From an uncultured Candidatus Rokubacteria bacterium (lineage in GTDB: Bacteria > Methylomirabilota > Methylomirabilia > Rokubacteriales > CSP1-6), in contig CAVXJS010000009.1 in assembly GCA_963762145.1 (NCBI GenBank), forward strand, positions 448,001 through 512,000: a stretch of 64,000 bases of DNA. The letters run 5' to 3'. The position numbers and the translations under genes are program-made. Below are positions 62,258 through 64,000 of the stretch, piece by piece (within the stretch, counting starts at the first letter, position 1; each line of letters begins with the position of its first letter). A model generated the notes under the pieces. It had not been told where the DNA came from. It did no database searches and was given only the letters and a program-made list of their open reading frames with translations.

Positions 62258-62293
62258 CCCACCATCGAGCCCACCATCGAGCCCACCATCGAG
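62258..62293 (+). repeat. 12-bp tandem repeat x3
   Basis: (CCCACCATCGAG)3 running into the GAGGAGG RBS. Confidence 0.9.
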
Positions 62294-62297
62294 GAGG

Positions 62298-62510
62298 ATG
62301 GAGATGAATACGCACCTGCACGAGCAGCTGGTCAGAGAGCGGTTGGACGAGGCCCGGGCGACGGCGGCCCACCTGGCCCTCCTCCGAAAGCTCCGGCCCG
62401 CGCGCCGGCCGGTGCGGGTCGCGGTGGGGTTCGCGCTCATCAAAGCCGGGCACTGGGTAGCCGGGCGGGCGCCGAAGCTGGCGGCCGGCACGCGACGAGC
62501 TACCGCCTGA
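62298..62510 (+). CDS. Small basic hypothetical protein
   Basis: Strong RBS; R..VG.ALIKAG.W.AG motif; first gene after the operator. Confidence 0.65.
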   Translation: MEMNTHLHEQLVRERLDEARATAAHLALLRKLRPARRPVRVAVGFALIKAGHWVAGRAPKLAAGTRRATA

Positions 62511-62523
62511 GGGAGCGGCGGAC

Positions 62524-63525
62524 GTGGCGCGCGAAGCCTCGCAGATCACCCCGCCCTCGGGGCTCCGGGTCAACCCGAAGAGCGCGGTGCCGGTCCACGT
62601 CCAGCTCCAGACGCAGATCCGCCACCTCATCAACATCGGCTCGCTGAAGCCGGGGATGCAGCTGCCGACCGTGCGCCAGCTCGCGGGGTTTCTCCGGATC
62701 AACCGCAACACGGTGGCACGCGCGCTGGCCGACCTGGACCAGGACGGGTACCTCGAGAGCCACCAGGGCCGCGGCACGTTCGTGGCCGACCGACCGCCCG
62801 CACACGAGGGGCGGGCCGCGCGCAGCCTCGAGCGGCTCGTGCAGGAGACGCTCGAGCGGGCTCGGCGACTGGGCTTCACGCACGAGGAGCTGGCCGCGAC
62901 CATCGCCGGGCAGGCCCCGGCCGCGGGCTCGACGCACCGGACCAAGGTGCGGGCGCTGCTGGTCGAGTGCAATCATCCCGAGCTCACGCGCTATCGCGAG
63001 CAGCTCGAGGAAGAGCTCCCGATCGTCGTGGATCGGCTCCTCGTGGAGGAGCTCGGCGCGCGCTTCCGGGAGCCGGGCTTCCTCGCGGGCTACCGCGTGG
63101 TGATCACCACGTTCTTCCACATCCACGAGGTCAAGCAGGCCCTGCCGCCCGATGGGCCGCCCGCCCTCGCGCTTCTGTCCGAGTCCAACATCTCCTCCCT
63201 GCTGCGGCTCACCGAGCTGCCGCCGGGCACCCCGGTCGGCCTGATCTGCAGCATCCCGAGCGGCAGCCAGAACCTGCTCAGCTCGGTCCAGTCCGCTGGC
63301 CTGTCGCATCTCGTGCCGGTCCTGGCTTCCGCCGACGATCCCTGGTCCATCGACCGGCTGCTCGAGAAGACGCGCATCCTCGTGTGCTCCGAGCAGGCGC
63401 TGGCCGTGCTCGACGGGCGGATCCCGGAAGACGCGGAGGTGATCCGCTCCCACCGGCGCCTGGACGAGGGAGGAATCGGGCTTCTCCGGGACCTCCTCGC
63501 GCAGCTCGACGGGGAGCGGGCATGA
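62524..63525 (+). CDS. GntR (YtrA-like) transcriptional regulator with extended C-terminal domain
   Basis: PVHVQL..QI..I..G.LKPG.QLPTVRQLA..L.INRNTVARA..L, GRGTFV. Confidence 0.9.
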   Translation: MAREASQITPPSGLRVNPKSAVPVHVQLQTQIRHLINIGSLKPGMQLPTVRQLAGFLRINRNTVARALADLDQDGYLESHQGRGTFVADRPPAHEGRAARSLERLVQETLERARRLGFTHEELAATIAGQAPAAGSTHRTKVRALLVECNHPELTRYREQLEEELPIVVDRLLVEELGARFREPGFLAGYRVVITTFFHIHEVKQALPPDGPPALALLSESNISSLLRLTELPPGTPVGLICSIPSGSQNLLSSVQSAGLSHLVPVLASADDPWSIDRLLEKTRILVCSEQALAVLDGRIPEDAEVIRSHRRLDEGGIGLLRDLLAQLDGERA

Positions 63526-63938
63526 CCGCGCGCGAGGCGATGACGCCGGCGCCGCTGACCGTGACCCCGCGCACGAGCGTGGCGGCCGCGCTCCGCCTGG
63601 CCCGCGACAACGGGATCGGTCACCTGCCGGTGGTGGAGCGGGGCCGGATCCTCGGCGTGCTACGGCGCGAGCGGCTGCTCGCCCTGACGCCGTCCGAGGC
63701 TACCACGCTCTCGCGCCACGAGATGCACGACGCGCTCGCGCGCCTGACCGTCGAGCGCGCGGTGGAGCCGGCGCTGACCCTGTCGGCGGCCACGTCGCTC
63801 ACGGAAGCGGCCCGCCTTCTCCTGGAGCGCGGCGCGCACGAGGCCCTCGTGACGGAGGACGGGCGGCTCGTCGGCATCCTCACCCACTCCGATCTCCTGC
63901 GCGCGCTGGTGATCGACGAGCCGGAGGCGGTGGCATAG
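63522..63938 (+). CDS. CBS domain pair protein (AcuB-like)
   Basis: AMT..PLTV.P, IGHLPVV, PSEATTLS.HE, LVGILT.SDLL. Confidence 0.88.
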   Translation: MTAREAMTPAPLTVTPRTSVAAALRLARDNGIGHLPVVERGRILGVLRRERLLALTPSEATTLSRHEMHDALARLTVERAVEPALTLSAATSLTEAARLLLERGAHEALVTEDGRLVGILTHSDLLRALVIDEPEAVA

Positions 63939-64000
63939 GTACCGGGCCGGCGGTCTGCGTCTTCGATCTGGATCACACGCTGGTCAACTCCCCGCTCGAT
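63935..64000 (+). CDS. HAD-family hydrolase N-terminus (partial)
   Basis: VCVFDLDHTLVNS = DxDxT motif I; start codon unclear. Confidence 0.7.
   Translation, partial: MGTGPAVCVFDLDHTLVNSPLD

Overview
A very GC-rich bacterial chromosomal window. The gene repertoire and CCCTCACCC-type repeats resemble soil Ca. Rokubacteria/Methylomirabilota, but this is an inference only. Many otherwise intact genes carry single-base frameshifts, most likely long-read indel errors. In order: TAXI-TRAP and sugar-type ABC transporter genes; an AceE-like transketolase; signalling genes; IlvC-like, pdxH and phospholipase D genes; tRNA-Val(TAC) with a duplicated 3' end enclosing a collapsed 1.8-kb phage/satellite remnant (integrase C-terminus abutting an HK97 capsid C-terminus, plus a nucleoside-deoxyribosyltransferase-like putative defence gene); a protein with 69/101-aa repeats; an aldehyde:ferredoxin oxidoreductase operon; two large TPR proteins; a candidate ~180-nt structured RNA; an ~11.5-kb glycosylation island bracketed by a 17-bp direct repeat; an extended kdp locus (extra small peptides, stand-alone KdpD-TM gene, divergent kdpDE); and a GntR/YtrA-type operon at the right edge.
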